Positions 17,244-27,337 of a stretch of 64,000 nt of DNA are shown piece after piece. Each line of letters starts with the position of its first letter. Position 1 is the stretch's first letter. The notes below the pieces were generated by a model. That model saw only the letters and a list, made by a program, of their open reading frames with translations, was not told the origin of the DNA and did no database searches. Source of the stretch: an uncultured virus (IMG/VR IMGVR_UViG_3300007171_000076) (taxonomy: Duplodnaviria; Heunggongvirae; Uroviricota; Caudoviricetes); the IMG/VR virus record IMGVR_UViG_3300007171_000076; one strand, written 5' to 3'. Position numbers and translations under genes: made by a program.

Positions 17244-20200
17244 ATGAAAAGATACAGCATTGGTAGTAGGGTTGCTCAGAGTTGGTTAGTGGGTCAGAGT
17301 AAATTCTTTTTGGATTTATCTGATCGTTTGGATGTTGATGGTTTATATAGAGATTCTGAGAGCTTTTTAAATTACGGTGTTGATTTATCTGGTTTATTGC
17401 GTTATTCTGCTGTTGATGATGTTAAGGATTTGGGAGATGCTGATGCTGATTCTCCTATTGATGATTTTCCTGATGTTGATTCTTTAGTTGTGGAAGATGT
17501 TAATCCTGAAAAAGTTTTGCGTAATGATGAGTATTGGCATAAAGATGAGAATGATTATGATCTTCCTAATTATGATTCTCCTGGTTTGATTCATAGGGGT
17601 GAGATTGATTTTAGTGAGCAGCCTGATCTTGAGTCTGTTATTGAAGCGATGAGGGCTATGTCTTCTGGTGGTGGTAATGTTTTTAATTGTTTAGTATCTC
17701 TATCAAATTATATGTCCGAGATTAAGGAGGTATTAAGAAGAAATAATATAACTTATGTTCTTGATAAATTTGAGGATATTCATGGGAGGATAGTTAGAAA
17801 AGCTCTTTACAGTTATTTCAAGAATCCATTATTTTTGGAGAATCTTTTAGAGGTTAATAATATTGTCAGGGATATTTTTGAAAGTAATGTAAATCGTGAC
17901 ACTGTGGCTTTATTTAGTAAGGTTGTTGATTTATATAATGGTCGTGCTAAGAAGTTTAGTGATCGTAGGGAATACATTAAAAAATTTATAGAGGATCGTG
18001 TACCTGAATTAAGTTTTTATTCTCGTTTGGTAAGTAATTTATTGGATTCTAAAAAAGTTAACATTGAGGTTTATTTAGAACCAATTGAAGATTTTGTCAA
18101 GATTCTTCGTTCATTGGGTGCGGAATCACATGAAATTCTTAATCTTATTTGGGAGATTAGTTATGATAAGGTTCAAACTCTAACTGATAAAAATGAAATT
18201 AAAAAAATATTATTTTATTATAGATATTTTGGCAGACCTGATTTAAATCCATTCAAAAGTGCTATGTTGGATAATGTTCCTGAGGATTTGTGGCCTGATT
18301 TTTTAAGATTAGATTCCATAAATTTTATGAAATTTATGTTATCTTATAAGACTTTAATGCCTGATTTGTTCAGTTATATGTTAAAAAATATTGATGGCAA
18401 TAATATAAAGTTTGGTGACAATGTTTATGATATTTATAAAACCTATCATATTTATAAGTTGTGTGGCAAAGAGGCATTATTTGATGAGAATTATTTAGAG
18501 GAAAAAATAAATTCTGATCCTTCAATGTCTAAATTTTACAATGAATTAGTTGCGGGTAATCCAACATTTGAGAGTAGATATTTTAAGAAAGATCAAGTTA
18601 AGCGGGAATATTTAAATGTAACAGTTCTTAAACGTTATGCAGATATTTGTGAAGATGCATTGGGTGAAAATTATGATCCTAGGCAAGTCAATAATTATAT
18701 ATTAGAATATTTGCCTTATTATAAAAAATTTCCAAATCATTTAAAGGATGTTAATATTGTAGCTCCATTTTTAGGTGATAATATATTAAAGCTTAAAAGA
18801 AATATTTTAGAAGATTTAAGTATGGACATTAGAGATCCATATTCAGATAAGCCATCTGATTCAAGAGTAATTTATAATAAGAAAGATATTATTTCTTCTC
18901 CTTATGTTGGGCAAAGAGAATATTGGGCTTTGTATAAATCAATGCCATATATGTCTAATATTAAATTTGATGATTGGCTCAATTTTCATAAAGAGAAATT
19001 TCCAAATGATGACCAGCCTTTTAATGTTTTAGTTAGCCAATATAGTTTTCTTGATAGATTAAAGATATCTGGAAAAATCTTATATTTGTTTGGTCATAAT
19101 GTTAGTAATGAAATTGTTAGTAAAATTTCACATATTGATAATAAAACATTCATTAATAAATCTAAAGATCAGCTCAAGCGTTTATTGGAAGATGATAATT
19201 TTATTGGTAATTTTAAAGAAATCATTAATTCTAAAATTGATATAAATCGTTATACCCCTGCTGAAATGTCTTGTTTTGGTGGGGATATGGGCGAAACTAC
19301 TAGAGATAAGATTGCCACAATTCGTAAGAGTATTAGTAGGAGTAAAAATTATTCTGGTATAGCTTGGGGCAGTCCTGAGTACAATAAAATTTTTACTTTG
19401 ATTGCTTATGAATGGGGATGTCGGGGTCGTGATCCAAAATTATTAACAGAATTATTTGATTCTTCTTTAAATGAATCAGGTGAAGATACTTCTTTAATTT
19501 GTGGTTTAGTTAATATTGCAACAGGTATAGATAATTTTGAAAACATTGAATCAGCCGGTAAAGACAAAACCTTAAGAAAATTGAAATTAGAATTAGAAAG
19601 ATTTGTTGATAGTTTATTTTTAAGATATTCGTCATTCTTCAAAGATTTAAAGATTGTCAAAGAGCAAGTGATAAACATTGGTGGTTTCAATGTTTTGTTT
19701 TCTGAAGATCCTGATGTCTTGGTAAATGTTTTAAGAATAAGGGAAAATGATATAGAGAATTTCAAATTAACTTTAAACGATTATAGGCCTTTAAGAAAGA
19801 GTTATTTTGATATTGTTTTAAGATTAGATTCTAATATATTAAAAAAGAAATTAGTTGTTTATGGAATCAAGAAGTTAACAGAAAAATTCCCTGATATTAA
19901 AGAAAAAATTAATTCAGAAAAAAGCATTGCAGATTACTTGGAAAATTACGATAATGATTTAGGATTTATTGAAGATAGATTGTTAAATGATTCTGATAAT
20001 TTTATTCCTGAAGTTTATGGCATTAAATTAAATTTTAGTAACAACATTAAATTGCCTAAGAATAATTATAATATGCATTTGGATACATTTAAGGAAAATC
20101 TACAAAGTGCTGGAAAAATTGTTGCAGTTTTTGGTGTTGACACTTATAGGATTTTAGATAAATTTTCTATCAAACTTTGTCAATCTAAGGGCTTGCCTGT

Positions 20201-21167
20201 TAAGGGATTTAAGAATATTCCTGACTTGGGTTTAAAGGCTACAATTATTCATGACTTAGGAAATTTGTTACCTAATCATTTCTCAGGTAAAAATGAAGGT
20301 TTAGCTGATTATTATTTATTATATTTAGGTTTTGATGACAAGAATCTTAAGTTTGTTGCAGATGCTTGGAAAAATGAAATTTCTCTTGTTGATGAGGATA
20401 TGAATTTCTTGGAATCAGGTTTTGTAAGAGAATTTGCTAAGGAGTATGATCCTACAAAGCTTTCTAAATTAATTAAAAGAAGTAATGCTAAAGCTTTATT
20501 TGAAAATCTACAACCTAAATCTACTAAGTTTGCATTAGATTTTATTGATAACTTTGATGTTCCTAATATTAAGATGGATGATAGTAGTCCTAAGAAAATC
20601 TTGTATCGTGGCTGTGAGGATATTTATTTAAAAGGTCTTGATGTCCCTATGCCCATTTGGAGTGATTTTAAGGCTACCGAAGGTGATATGACATTAAGAT
20701 TTTTACCAAGAGAAGATCCTAGAGGAATGATGTTAGGTAAAATCACTGAATGTTGCCAGCATCCAGAGAATTATGCTGCTTCTTGTGCATACGATGGTCA
20801 TTTAAATCCTCTTGCTGCTTTTGCTGTATTTGAAATTAACAATGAGATTATCTATCAATCTTATGTATGGTCTGATAAAGATGGCAATGTTTGTTTTGAT
20901 AGTATTGAAGCAAGTAAAAGAGATTATAAGGCTGATAGGGATAAAAAATTTAAAGCTAAGAGTCTTTTAATAGATTTTAGTAAGAGCATTAGTGGAAAAT
21001 GTACTATAGGTAATAATTTCTTAGAATTTTATAATAATACAGAAGCTTTGAAAAATCCTACAGAAACCTATCAAAGAGATTATGTTCAAGCTTTATTAAA
21101 TAAGTTTAGTCCTAATCGTGGAAGATTTTATAATGCTGATTCAAGTAGGCAATATAAGATAGATTAA
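17244..21167 (+). CDS. large protein with C-terminal G..T.CCQ domain
   Basis: 1307 aa; LPREDPRGMMLGKITECCQ...QSYVW...FDSIE shared with 29676-32954. Confidence 0.75.
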   Translation: MKRYSIGSRVAQSWLVGQSKFFLDLSDRLDVDGLYRDSESFLNYGVDLSGLLRYSAVDDVKDLGDADADSPIDDFPDVDSLVVEDVNPEKVLRNDEYWHKDENDYDLPNYDSPGLIHRGEIDFSEQPDLESVIEAMRAMSSGGGNVFNCLVSLSNYMSEIKEVLRRNNITYVLDKFEDIHGRIVRKALYSYFKNPLFLENLLEVNNIVRDIFESNVNRDTVALFSKVVDLYNGRAKKFSDRREYIKKFIEDRVPELSFYSRLVSNLLDSKKVNIEVYLEPIEDFVKILRSLGAESHEILNLIWEISYDKVQTLTDKNEIKKILFYYRYFGRPDLNPFKSAMLDNVPEDLWPDFLRLDSINFMKFMLSYKTLMPDLFSYMLKNIDGNNIKFGDNVYDIYKTYHIYKLCGKEALFDENYLEEKINSDPSMSKFYNELVAGNPTFESRYFKKDQVKREYLNVTVLKRYADICEDALGENYDPRQVNNYILEYLPYYKKFPNHLKDVNIVAPFLGDNILKLKRNILEDLSMDIRDPYSDKPSDSRVIYNKKDIISSPYVGQREYWALYKSMPYMSNIKFDDWLNFHKEKFPNDDQPFNVLVSQYSFLDRLKISGKILYLFGHNVSNEIVSKISHIDNKTFINKSKDQLKRLLEDDNFIGNFKEIINSKIDINRYTPAEMSCFGGDMGETTRDKIATIRKSISRSKNYSGIAWGSPEYNKIFTLIAYEWGCRGRDPKLLTELFDSSLNESGEDTSLICGLVNIATGIDNFENIESAGKDKTLRKLKLELERFVDSLFLRYSSFFKDLKIVKEQVINIGGFNVLFSEDPDVLVNVLRIRENDIENFKLTLNDYRPLRKSYFDIVLRLDSNILKKKLVVYGIKKLTEKFPDIKEKINSEKSIADYLENYDNDLGFIEDRLLNDSDNFIPEVYGIKLNFSNNIKLPKNNYNMHLDTFKENLQSAGKIVAVFGVDTYRILDKFSIKLCQSKGLPVKGFKNIPDLGLKATIIHDLGNLLPNHFSGKNEGLADYYLLYLGFDDKNLKFVADAWKNEISLVDEDMNFLESGFVREFAKEYDPTKLSKLIKRSNAKALFENLQPKSTKFALDFIDNFDVPNIKMDDSSPKKILYRGCEDIYLKGLDVPMPIWSDFKATEGDMTLRFLPREDPRGMMLGKITECCQHPENYAASCAYDGHLNPLAAFAVFEINNEIIYQSYVWSDKDGNVCFDSIEASKRDYKADRDKKFKAKSLLIDFSKSISGKCTIGNNFLEFYNNTEALKNPTETYQRDYVQALLNKFSPNRGRFYNADSSRQYKID

Positions 21168-21757
21168 TTCTTTTCTCTTAGTGTTGTTAATGGAATATTA
21201 TTTAAAGTCCAGTATTTTGGTCCCTGAATAAATCGCCAAGGAAAAATTTTAGTTTCTAGTGCTGCTTTAGACAGGGACATTTCTTTGTCTTTATATATCA
21301 CAGTATTTTTTGATTTAACGGTGCATGTGATATTTGGATAATCTTTTAAATGTAATGTCGTTCCTGGTTTAAGTCCAATCATATCAAAATTAAAATTGAT
21401 TTCTTTTTTTCTTTTCCTAGTGTTTGTATGTTTTCTAGTTAATTGTGTTGTTTTTGTATGAGTTTTGTCCGTTAAAATCTGAGATGGATTAGCTATTTTG
21501 ATTGCTATTATTATTCTATTTGGATCTGTATAGAAAAATTCTCTTTTTGAATCAACTCTATCTTCATGAAATAGTTGGTGGATTAATCTTTCAACATATT
21601 TAGCATCATAAACTTTAGCTGCGTATAGTACTTCAAATGGTAATGGTACAGAGGTATTATTTAGTTCTCTGAGTCTTTGGTTGATATCTCTTTCTGTGAT
21701 ACCAATTTTAACCATGTCTTTGAATGCAGGGTTTTTTAAGATATAGATTATTCCCAT
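21164..21757 (-). CDS. GIY-YIG (T5orf172/MUG113-like) nuclease-domain protein
   Basis: GIIYILKNPAF..MVKIGIT.R...RL.EL..TSVPLPF...VE..IH...REFF; C-terminal domain ending QGPKYW. Confidence 0.8.
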   Translation of the reverse strand: MGIIYILKNPAFKDMVKIGITERDINQRLRELNNTSVPLPFEVLYAAKVYDAKYVERLIHQLFHEDRVDSKREFFYTDPNRIIIAIKIANPSQILTDKTHTKTTQLTRKHTNTRKRKKEINFNFDMIGLKPGTTLHLKDYPNITCTVKSKNTVIYKDKEMSLSKAALETKIFPWRFIQGPKYWTLNNIPLTTLREKN

Positions 21758-21937
21758 GGCATTTGTTATACGGAAAAGGATTGATTTAAGGGGTTTTTTA
21801 TTGGAAACATGTGGCTAAAAAACTTGGTGAAATTGTTTTTGATGAATATATTATACAAAGTTATTTAGAGGGTATATATTTTTTGTTATGGGATTAATTG
21901 GTTATGAGAAATTTAATTTTGTTTAAGGATTATTCTT

Positions 21938-24229
21938 ATGTGGTATAGATTAGCTGGTAAACCTATAATATTAAGTAACCCTGTTGTCGGTGGATTTTGG
22001 GTAGGAGATAGGTTTATTGATTATATGGAGCAATTTAATTTAAGTGAATTAAGAAAACTATTAAATACAAGTGTATTGAATGTAAATACCCAAGAAAAAT
22101 TAAATTCCTTTTTATCTAATCCTGATAGATTTGAAATAATAGATGGAAGAAAAATATATCTAAGAGACTCAAAAGGTAGCAAAAAGAGTTTAATAATTCC
22201 TTTTGATTTTTATGTTAATAATGATAAGATTGAAAAAGATAAAATTTTTGCTTTAAATGAATTAATACGACTTTTACAAACATATCCATCTAATGTCAAC
22301 ACCCAAGAAAAATTGAATTCTTTTTTATCTAATCCTGATAGATTTAAAATAATAGATGGAAAGAAAATATATAGAACACTAAAAGGCAACATAAAGACTA
22401 TTAGAAATCAAATTGGTGATTTTTACATTGGAAATAGAAAAATTTCAAAAGATGAAGTTTTTAATGTAATGGAATTAAAAAAATTGTTACAGACAAGTTT
22501 TTTAAATATAAACACTCAAGAAAAATTTAATTCTTTTCTATCTAATCCTAATAAATTCGAATTAATAGATGGAAAGAAAATATATTTAAGAAATGCACCT
22601 AGAATTTTGTTAATTCCTTTTGATTTTTATGTTGATGATCAAGAAATAAAAAAAGATCAAGCTTTCAGTATTGCTGATTTATCAAAACTATTACATACTA
22701 ATAGATCAAATTTAAACACCCAGGAAAAATTAAATTCCCTTTTGTCTGATCCTGATAGATTTGAAACAATTGATGGAAAGAAAATATATTTAAGAAAAGC
22801 AGTAGGCAGCAATAAAAATCTAATAATTCCTTTTGATTTTTATGTTAATGAACATAAACTAAAAAAAGATCAAGTTTCAAGTTTGCAAAATTTGAGAAAT
22901 TTACTACAAACAGATGCTTCTAATATAAGCACCCAAGAAAAATTAAATTCTTTTTTATCTAATCCTGATAGATTTGAAACAATTGATGGAAAGAAAATAT
23001 ATTTAAGAAATGCAAAAACAGACAAAAAGAGTTTGATAATTCCTTTTGATTTTTATGTTAATAATGATAAGATTGAAAAAGATAAAGTTTTTGGGGTAGG
23101 TGAATTAATGCAATTATTGCAAACAAATAATTTAAAAATTAACACCCAAGAAAAATTAAATTCTTTTTTATATGATCCTAATAGATTTGAAACAATAAAT
23201 GGTAATAAAATATATTTAAAAAACCCAGGAGGTAGAAGCAAAAATTTAATAATTCCTTTTGATTTTTATGTTGATAAACAAAAAATAGAAAAAGATCAAG
23301 TTTTTGGTGTAGTAGAATTAAGAAATTTATTGCAAACAAATAAATTGAATATGAATACTCAAGAAAAATTGAATTCCTTTTTAAACAATGCTGAATTTAG
23401 AATTGATAAAAATGGCAATAATCAATTTGTTCCATACAAAGGATCAGCAAGAGAAAGATATATAAATAAAAATTTAAATATTGCAAACGAACATGATATA
23501 ACAGTTGAAAGTCAAAAGTCAATTACGATATTAAATCCTGGAAAGTCTCTGAAAATTTTAAAATTAGATTTTGCTTTCGTAAAAGATAAAAATATTTTAT
23601 TGGCTATTGAAATCAATGGTGGACAACATTATGGATTTGCTGTTTTTGGTAGTAAAAATAGAACATATGAGGATTGGCAAGCTGCTTTAAAAAGAGATGT
23701 AGAAAAAATAAACTATTGTCATAATAACAATATTCCTTTATTAATTTTTAATCATTTGTTACCTGAGCAATATTTTAGAACAATAATTGATAATCTAAAT
23801 AAAAATCCACATATGTATGATAGTTATGTCCCTCAATCAGCTGCAATCCATGATGAAAATCATGATACAGCAGACACGTCTTTGGAATTTATCAAGAGAC
23901 AGATTTACTCTCATTTGTATCCAGTATTTAATGGCACAATTAGTTTTGATGATGATATATCCAAGAAGAGATATATTAAAGATACATTGATATTAATTGC
24001 TAAGTTGTTAGGTGTATATAATGGTGGGATTGATAAAACAGATTATATGAAAGCTTTTAATAGAAATGTAGATCTTACTGAAAATTATAATACTTGTTTG
24101 GACATATATAATAATTTATATCCTGACTATCCATTAAGTAGGGATGAGAAAATTACATATAATGATTTATCTGTAAAACCTAGAATTTATAAACCTAAAG
24201 AAATTGAGCAAAACCCTCTTGAAATATAG
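21938..24229 (+). CDS. MWY-tag tandem-repeat protein with C-terminal DUF559/Vsr-like nuclease (paralog of 14929-17145)
   Basis: seven ~68-71 aa repeats (IPFDFYV...L..LL.T....NTQEKLNSFL.NP.RF..IDGKKIYL), then SARE...LKLDFAF...AIEINGGQHY...RDVEKINYC. Confidence 0.78.
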   Translation: MWYRLAGKPIILSNPVVGGFWVGDRFIDYMEQFNLSELRKLLNTSVLNVNTQEKLNSFLSNPDRFEIIDGRKIYLRDSKGSKKSLIIPFDFYVNNDKIEKDKIFALNELIRLLQTYPSNVNTQEKLNSFLSNPDRFKIIDGKKIYRTLKGNIKTIRNQIGDFYIGNRKISKDEVFNVMELKKLLQTSFLNINTQEKFNSFLSNPNKFELIDGKKIYLRNAPRILLIPFDFYVDDQEIKKDQAFSIADLSKLLHTNRSNLNTQEKLNSLLSDPDRFETIDGKKIYLRKAVGSNKNLIIPFDFYVNEHKLKKDQVSSLQNLRNLLQTDASNISTQEKLNSFLSNPDRFETIDGKKIYLRNAKTDKKSLIIPFDFYVNNDKIEKDKVFGVGELMQLLQTNNLKINTQEKLNSFLYDPNRFETINGNKIYLKNPGGRSKNLIIPFDFYVDKQKIEKDQVFGVVELRNLLQTNKLNMNTQEKLNSFLNNAEFRIDKNGNNQFVPYKGSARERYINKNLNIANEHDITVESQKSITILNPGKSLKILKLDFAFVKDKNILLAIEINGGQHYGFAVFGSKNRTYEDWQAALKRDVEKINYCHNNNIPLLIFNHLLPEQYFRTIIDNLNKNPHMYDSYVPQSAAIHDENHDTADTSLEFIKRQIYSHLYPVFNGTISFDDDISKKRYIKDTLILIAKLLGVYNGGIDKTDYMKAFNRNVDLTENYNTCLDIYNNLYPDYPLSRDEKITYNDLSVKPRIYKPKEIEQNPLEI

Positions 24230-24256
24230 AAGGTTTTTTTGTGATATAATGATGGT

Positions 24257-24367
24257 ATGTTAATCAGTATAATCTCTTTAGTTGTATTCTTATATCTTTA
24301 TTTCTATTGCTTGTTTTTGTTAAGGTCTATGGCAAGAACTAATGATAGGAAGTTCAGGAATCATTAA
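24257..24367 (+). CDS. small membrane peptide (36 aa)
   Basis: MLISIISLVVFLYLYFYCLFLLR...; TATAAT 6 nt before ATG; stop overlaps the next ATG. Confidence 0.5.
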   Translation: MLISIISLVVFLYLYFYCLFLLRSMARTNDRKFRNH

Positions 24368-24549
24368 TGTTATTATTCTTATCTGTAGTTTATTTTAATC
24401 TTTCTGCTCCATTGGCTATTTATTGTTTTTATAGGGCTATGTTAACGAAAAAGTGGTCATTGAGGAAAATTCTTCTTATCTCTTCAACTCTATCAATTCT
24501 TTTAGGTAATGCAATTATTTTTATGTTTTTAAATCAGCATCATAATTAG
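24367..24549 (+). CDS. small membrane protein
   Basis: 60 aa, two hydrophobic segments. Confidence 0.5.
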   Translation: MLLFLSVVYFNLSAPLAIYCFYRAMLTKKWSLRKILLISSTLSILLGNAIIFMFLNQHHN

Positions 24550-24582
24550 GATTTTTTCTTTGTAAAATCGAATTAATGAGCT

Positions 24583-25386
24583 ATGTGGTATAAATTTGCA
24601 TTAACAGAAATAGAACCTACCGGGCAATTGAATTTTCCTGATATGGGTCACGGTAAATTAGACTTCAATGATTTAAAATTTATAAACATCAACCGTGGTA
24701 AATATCCTGTAGATGGTTATGGAAAAATTGATACATACCGAATAAGTGTCATGGCTCCGGGGTCTAAAGAACAAATTGCCTTCTTAGATTATGGATATGA
24801 CGAAATTTCTAATATGGTTTTAGTTTTCTATATTAAAGTCTTTGATATCAAGAAAACTCAATTCATTTATCAGGATGCTATTATGACAAATTCTGGTAGA
24901 GGAATTGCCACTAAGTTATATGAGAAGTTGTTAGAAGAAATTAGAACAAATCCTAAATTATCGGGTGCAAAATATGTATACGGCAATGTTCATTCTCTCC
25001 AATCTTATAATGCAAAAAATAAAGTCTTTGGAGAACCAGAATCTGTAGGTAAAAATATGGATTATGGAAAGTTCTTTAGAAAGTTAATTATAGCTAAGAA
25101 AACTTTAGAACAATACAAAGAATTTAATGAAAAACAACCTGGAAGATTTGAAGAAGAAGTTGAAGAAGCACAGCAAGAAGTTGAAGCTCTTGAAAACATG
25201 CTTAATAAATTAAAGATTAGTACAGAGAGAGCTAATAAAATGGTTGCTCCTTCTTCCGATGGTGAATTTGGCACAGAATTTGGTGGAAAATCTTTTGATT
25301 CTGTTCATACAATTCCAGAAAAAATTGAAGAACCTAAAAAATTAGAAAAAGACCCAAATCAGATGGAGCTATTCGATGTGGTATAG
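24583..25386 (+). CDS. MWY-tag protein with GNAT-like acetyltransferase domain
   Basis: begins MWYKFA; IAFLDY...VFYIKV...GRGIATKLYEKLL (acetyl-CoA-binding motif A-like). Confidence 0.65.
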   Translation: MWYKFALTEIEPTGQLNFPDMGHGKLDFNDLKFININRGKYPVDGYGKIDTYRISVMAPGSKEQIAFLDYGYDEISNMVLVFYIKVFDIKKTQFIYQDAIMTNSGRGIATKLYEKLLEEIRTNPKLSGAKYVYGNVHSLQSYNAKNKVFGEPESVGKNMDYGKFFRKLIIAKKTLEQYKEFNEKQPGRFEEEVEEAQQEVEALENMLNKLKISTERANKMVAPSSDGEFGTEFGGKSFDSVHTIPEKIEEPKKLEKDPNQMELFDVV

Positions 25387-25843
25387 ATATGCTTCAGAAT
25401 TTGGCTATAGTCCCTTAGAAGAAAAAGCTATTGAACATTATGGAATTACAGGCGACCATAGAAAAGCTGGGTTTATTCTTAAGGATGGAACTTTAATTGA
25501 TTTTAGCGAAGGTTATCATGAAAGAGCATTAGACCATAGGGATGTTAGAAATATAATGCCTGAAAATGAAATTCATGATAACGATTATGATAATTATGTT
25601 GAGCCATTCATTAAAGAAACAGGTGCTTTAAGAATTTCAAATTATGGATATTGGAACATAGACATTAATACAAGACCAACAAATGCTCAAATCTCTTATA
25701 TTGCGAGTAAACATATCAAAGGAGAGTCTTTTTGCTTTGATTACATGGGCAAGAGAGATTGTATTGATAATGCCACAAGAGATAAAGTATTTAATTTTTT
25801 AAAGCAGATTCAAGAAAACTGGGATAAAAATCATGTGGTATAG
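25376..25843 (+). CDS. MWY-tag protein with GFILxDG motif
   Basis: begins MWYRYA; AGFILKDGTLIDF...DHRDV...GALRI. Confidence 0.65.
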   Translation: MWYRYASEFGYSPLEEKAIEHYGITGDHRKAGFILKDGTLIDFSEGYHERALDHRDVRNIMPENEIHDNDYDNYVEPFIKETGALRISNYGYWNIDINTRPTNAQISYIASKHIKGESFCFDYMGKRDCIDNATRDKVFNFLKQIQENWDKNHVV

Positions 25844-27335
25844 AAAAGCGGTTGTAAATGTCAATCCTTCTGGTCAAATTGGGATGGATTTTCCGGGAAT
25901 TAAACCTAAGCCATTTGATGTTGAAAATGATGTAGATATTAAAATCAAAAAGGGAAATTCTTATTACACAATTTACGCCTTAACAAAAGATGGTAGAGAA
26001 TTAGGGCATATATCTTTTAATGCTGGAGATCATGCAAGTACAGCATTCATAGATTTTTCTACTTTAGTTGATTACCCCTCAATTATTGGCGAAGAAGATT
26101 GGCGAAAACCTAAAAACCCTGGAGATAAATTAAAGGGTGATTTGGTATCAGAATTAAAAAAAGCTGGTTATGATGCTGATGAAAGTTCTGTTACTAGATT
26201 AAAATGGGGTATTGGTAATAAGTTATATAGAGAATTAAAAAAGTTTCTTCAACAACATAAACCTAATATTGATTTTGTCGAAGGTACAGTTCATAGTAGA
26301 GATGCTTATAATAGTAGAAATGCTGTTTTCGGACTTCCACACTTTGCTTATGATCCAGATCAAAGTTGTGAATATAAAATCTCATCTGATGATAGTCTTG
26401 CAAAAAGAGAAGAAATTGCTAAAAAGATTGGATACGAATTACAGCCAGCAAGATTTAGTGTTTATGGCGAATCTGAAATCCCTCCTAGTATGTTTAAGGT
26501 AATACACAAGCTTGATAAATTGCCTTATGAAGAAACCGAAGCTTATAAACAATCTAAGGGAAAAATTCCAAAGTTTGATAGTTCTCCTAATTTATTCACA
26601 ATAGCTTCAAAACGTTTAGCATCTGAAAAACATCCTTGGTTGTCATATCCATTATCCAAAGAAATTCCAGAAGGTACAAAAAGAAGATTACATTACACTT
26701 CTGATGATGATGTTTTATTAGATCAAATTAAGCAGCAAGGTCTTTTAGTTGATAAGTCTGTAGGTCATGCTTATGGTGATCCTAGGGCAATATTTTCAAA
26801 TCCAGCCACAGAAGATTTAGCTAGACAATTCAAAGAGCATCCATTAGTTGAATTTTACACACCGGAAGATAATATTATAGGAGATCAATATTCTTATGCT
26901 GATGTTACTCCTGATCAAATTTTAGGTGTTTATCCAAGTTGGTATTCTAAATTAATTTATCTTGTTGAAAAGCGTGGTATAGAAAATTCCATTCAATATT
27001 TACAAGAAACTGGTTTATTTAAAGATGGTCCATACAGTAAGGTTTATGATTATCTTTTAAAAATGGATTGGTTACAAAGACACAATGTTGAGATGGAGAA
27101 TGGAAAGTTTGTTTTTTATCATGGAACAAGAGCAAATTTAGAGAATAATATATTAAGAAAAAAATCTCTTCTTGAAACAACCCCTGAAGAAGCTAGAAAA
27201 TGGGGAGATGAAAATACAAGAAATGATAGAAGAAGAAGATTGAATGTATATAAAGTTTTAGTGGATATATTTGACATTGAAACTGGATTTTGGGCTACAA
27301 CAAATAAAGATCTTCCAGCGATTAAAGTAGGTTAA
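25833..27335 (+). CDS. MWY-tag multidomain protein (GNAT-like plus two ADP-ribosyltransferase-like modules)
   Basis: begins MWYRKA; WGIGNKLYRELKK; RRLHYT...IKQQGL; FVFYHGT...TTPEEARKW. Confidence 0.6.
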   Translation: MWYRKAVVNVNPSGQIGMDFPGIKPKPFDVENDVDIKIKKGNSYYTIYALTKDGRELGHISFNAGDHASTAFIDFSTLVDYPSIIGEEDWRKPKNPGDKLKGDLVSELKKAGYDADESSVTRLKWGIGNKLYRELKKFLQQHKPNIDFVEGTVHSRDAYNSRNAVFGLPHFAYDPDQSCEYKISSDDSLAKREEIAKKIGYELQPARFSVYGESEIPPSMFKVIHKLDKLPYEETEAYKQSKGKIPKFDSSPNLFTIASKRLASEKHPWLSYPLSKEIPEGTKRRLHYTSDDDVLLDQIKQQGLLVDKSVGHAYGDPRAIFSNPATEDLARQFKEHPLVEFYTPEDNIIGDQYSYADVTPDQILGVYPSWYSKLIYLVEKRGIENSIQYLQETGLFKDGPYSKVYDYLLKMDWLQRHNVEMENGKFVFYHGTRANLENNILRKKSLLETTPEEARKWGDENTRNDRRRRLNVYKVLVDIFDIETGFWATTNKDLPAIKVG

Positions 27336-27337
27336 TT

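Noticed and set aside
21808..21867. Tiny MWLKN... ORF upstream of the second repeat nuclease as another tagged gene
   Set aside because: About 19 codons, deviates from the tag consensus and overlaps the promoter region of the divergent gene
22190..23390. Regularly spaced DNA repeats (TAATTCCTTTTGATTTTTATGTT etc.) that look superficially CRISPR-like
   Set aside because: Period is ~205-213 bp and in frame within a 763-aa ORF, so these are protein repeats; no cas genes seen
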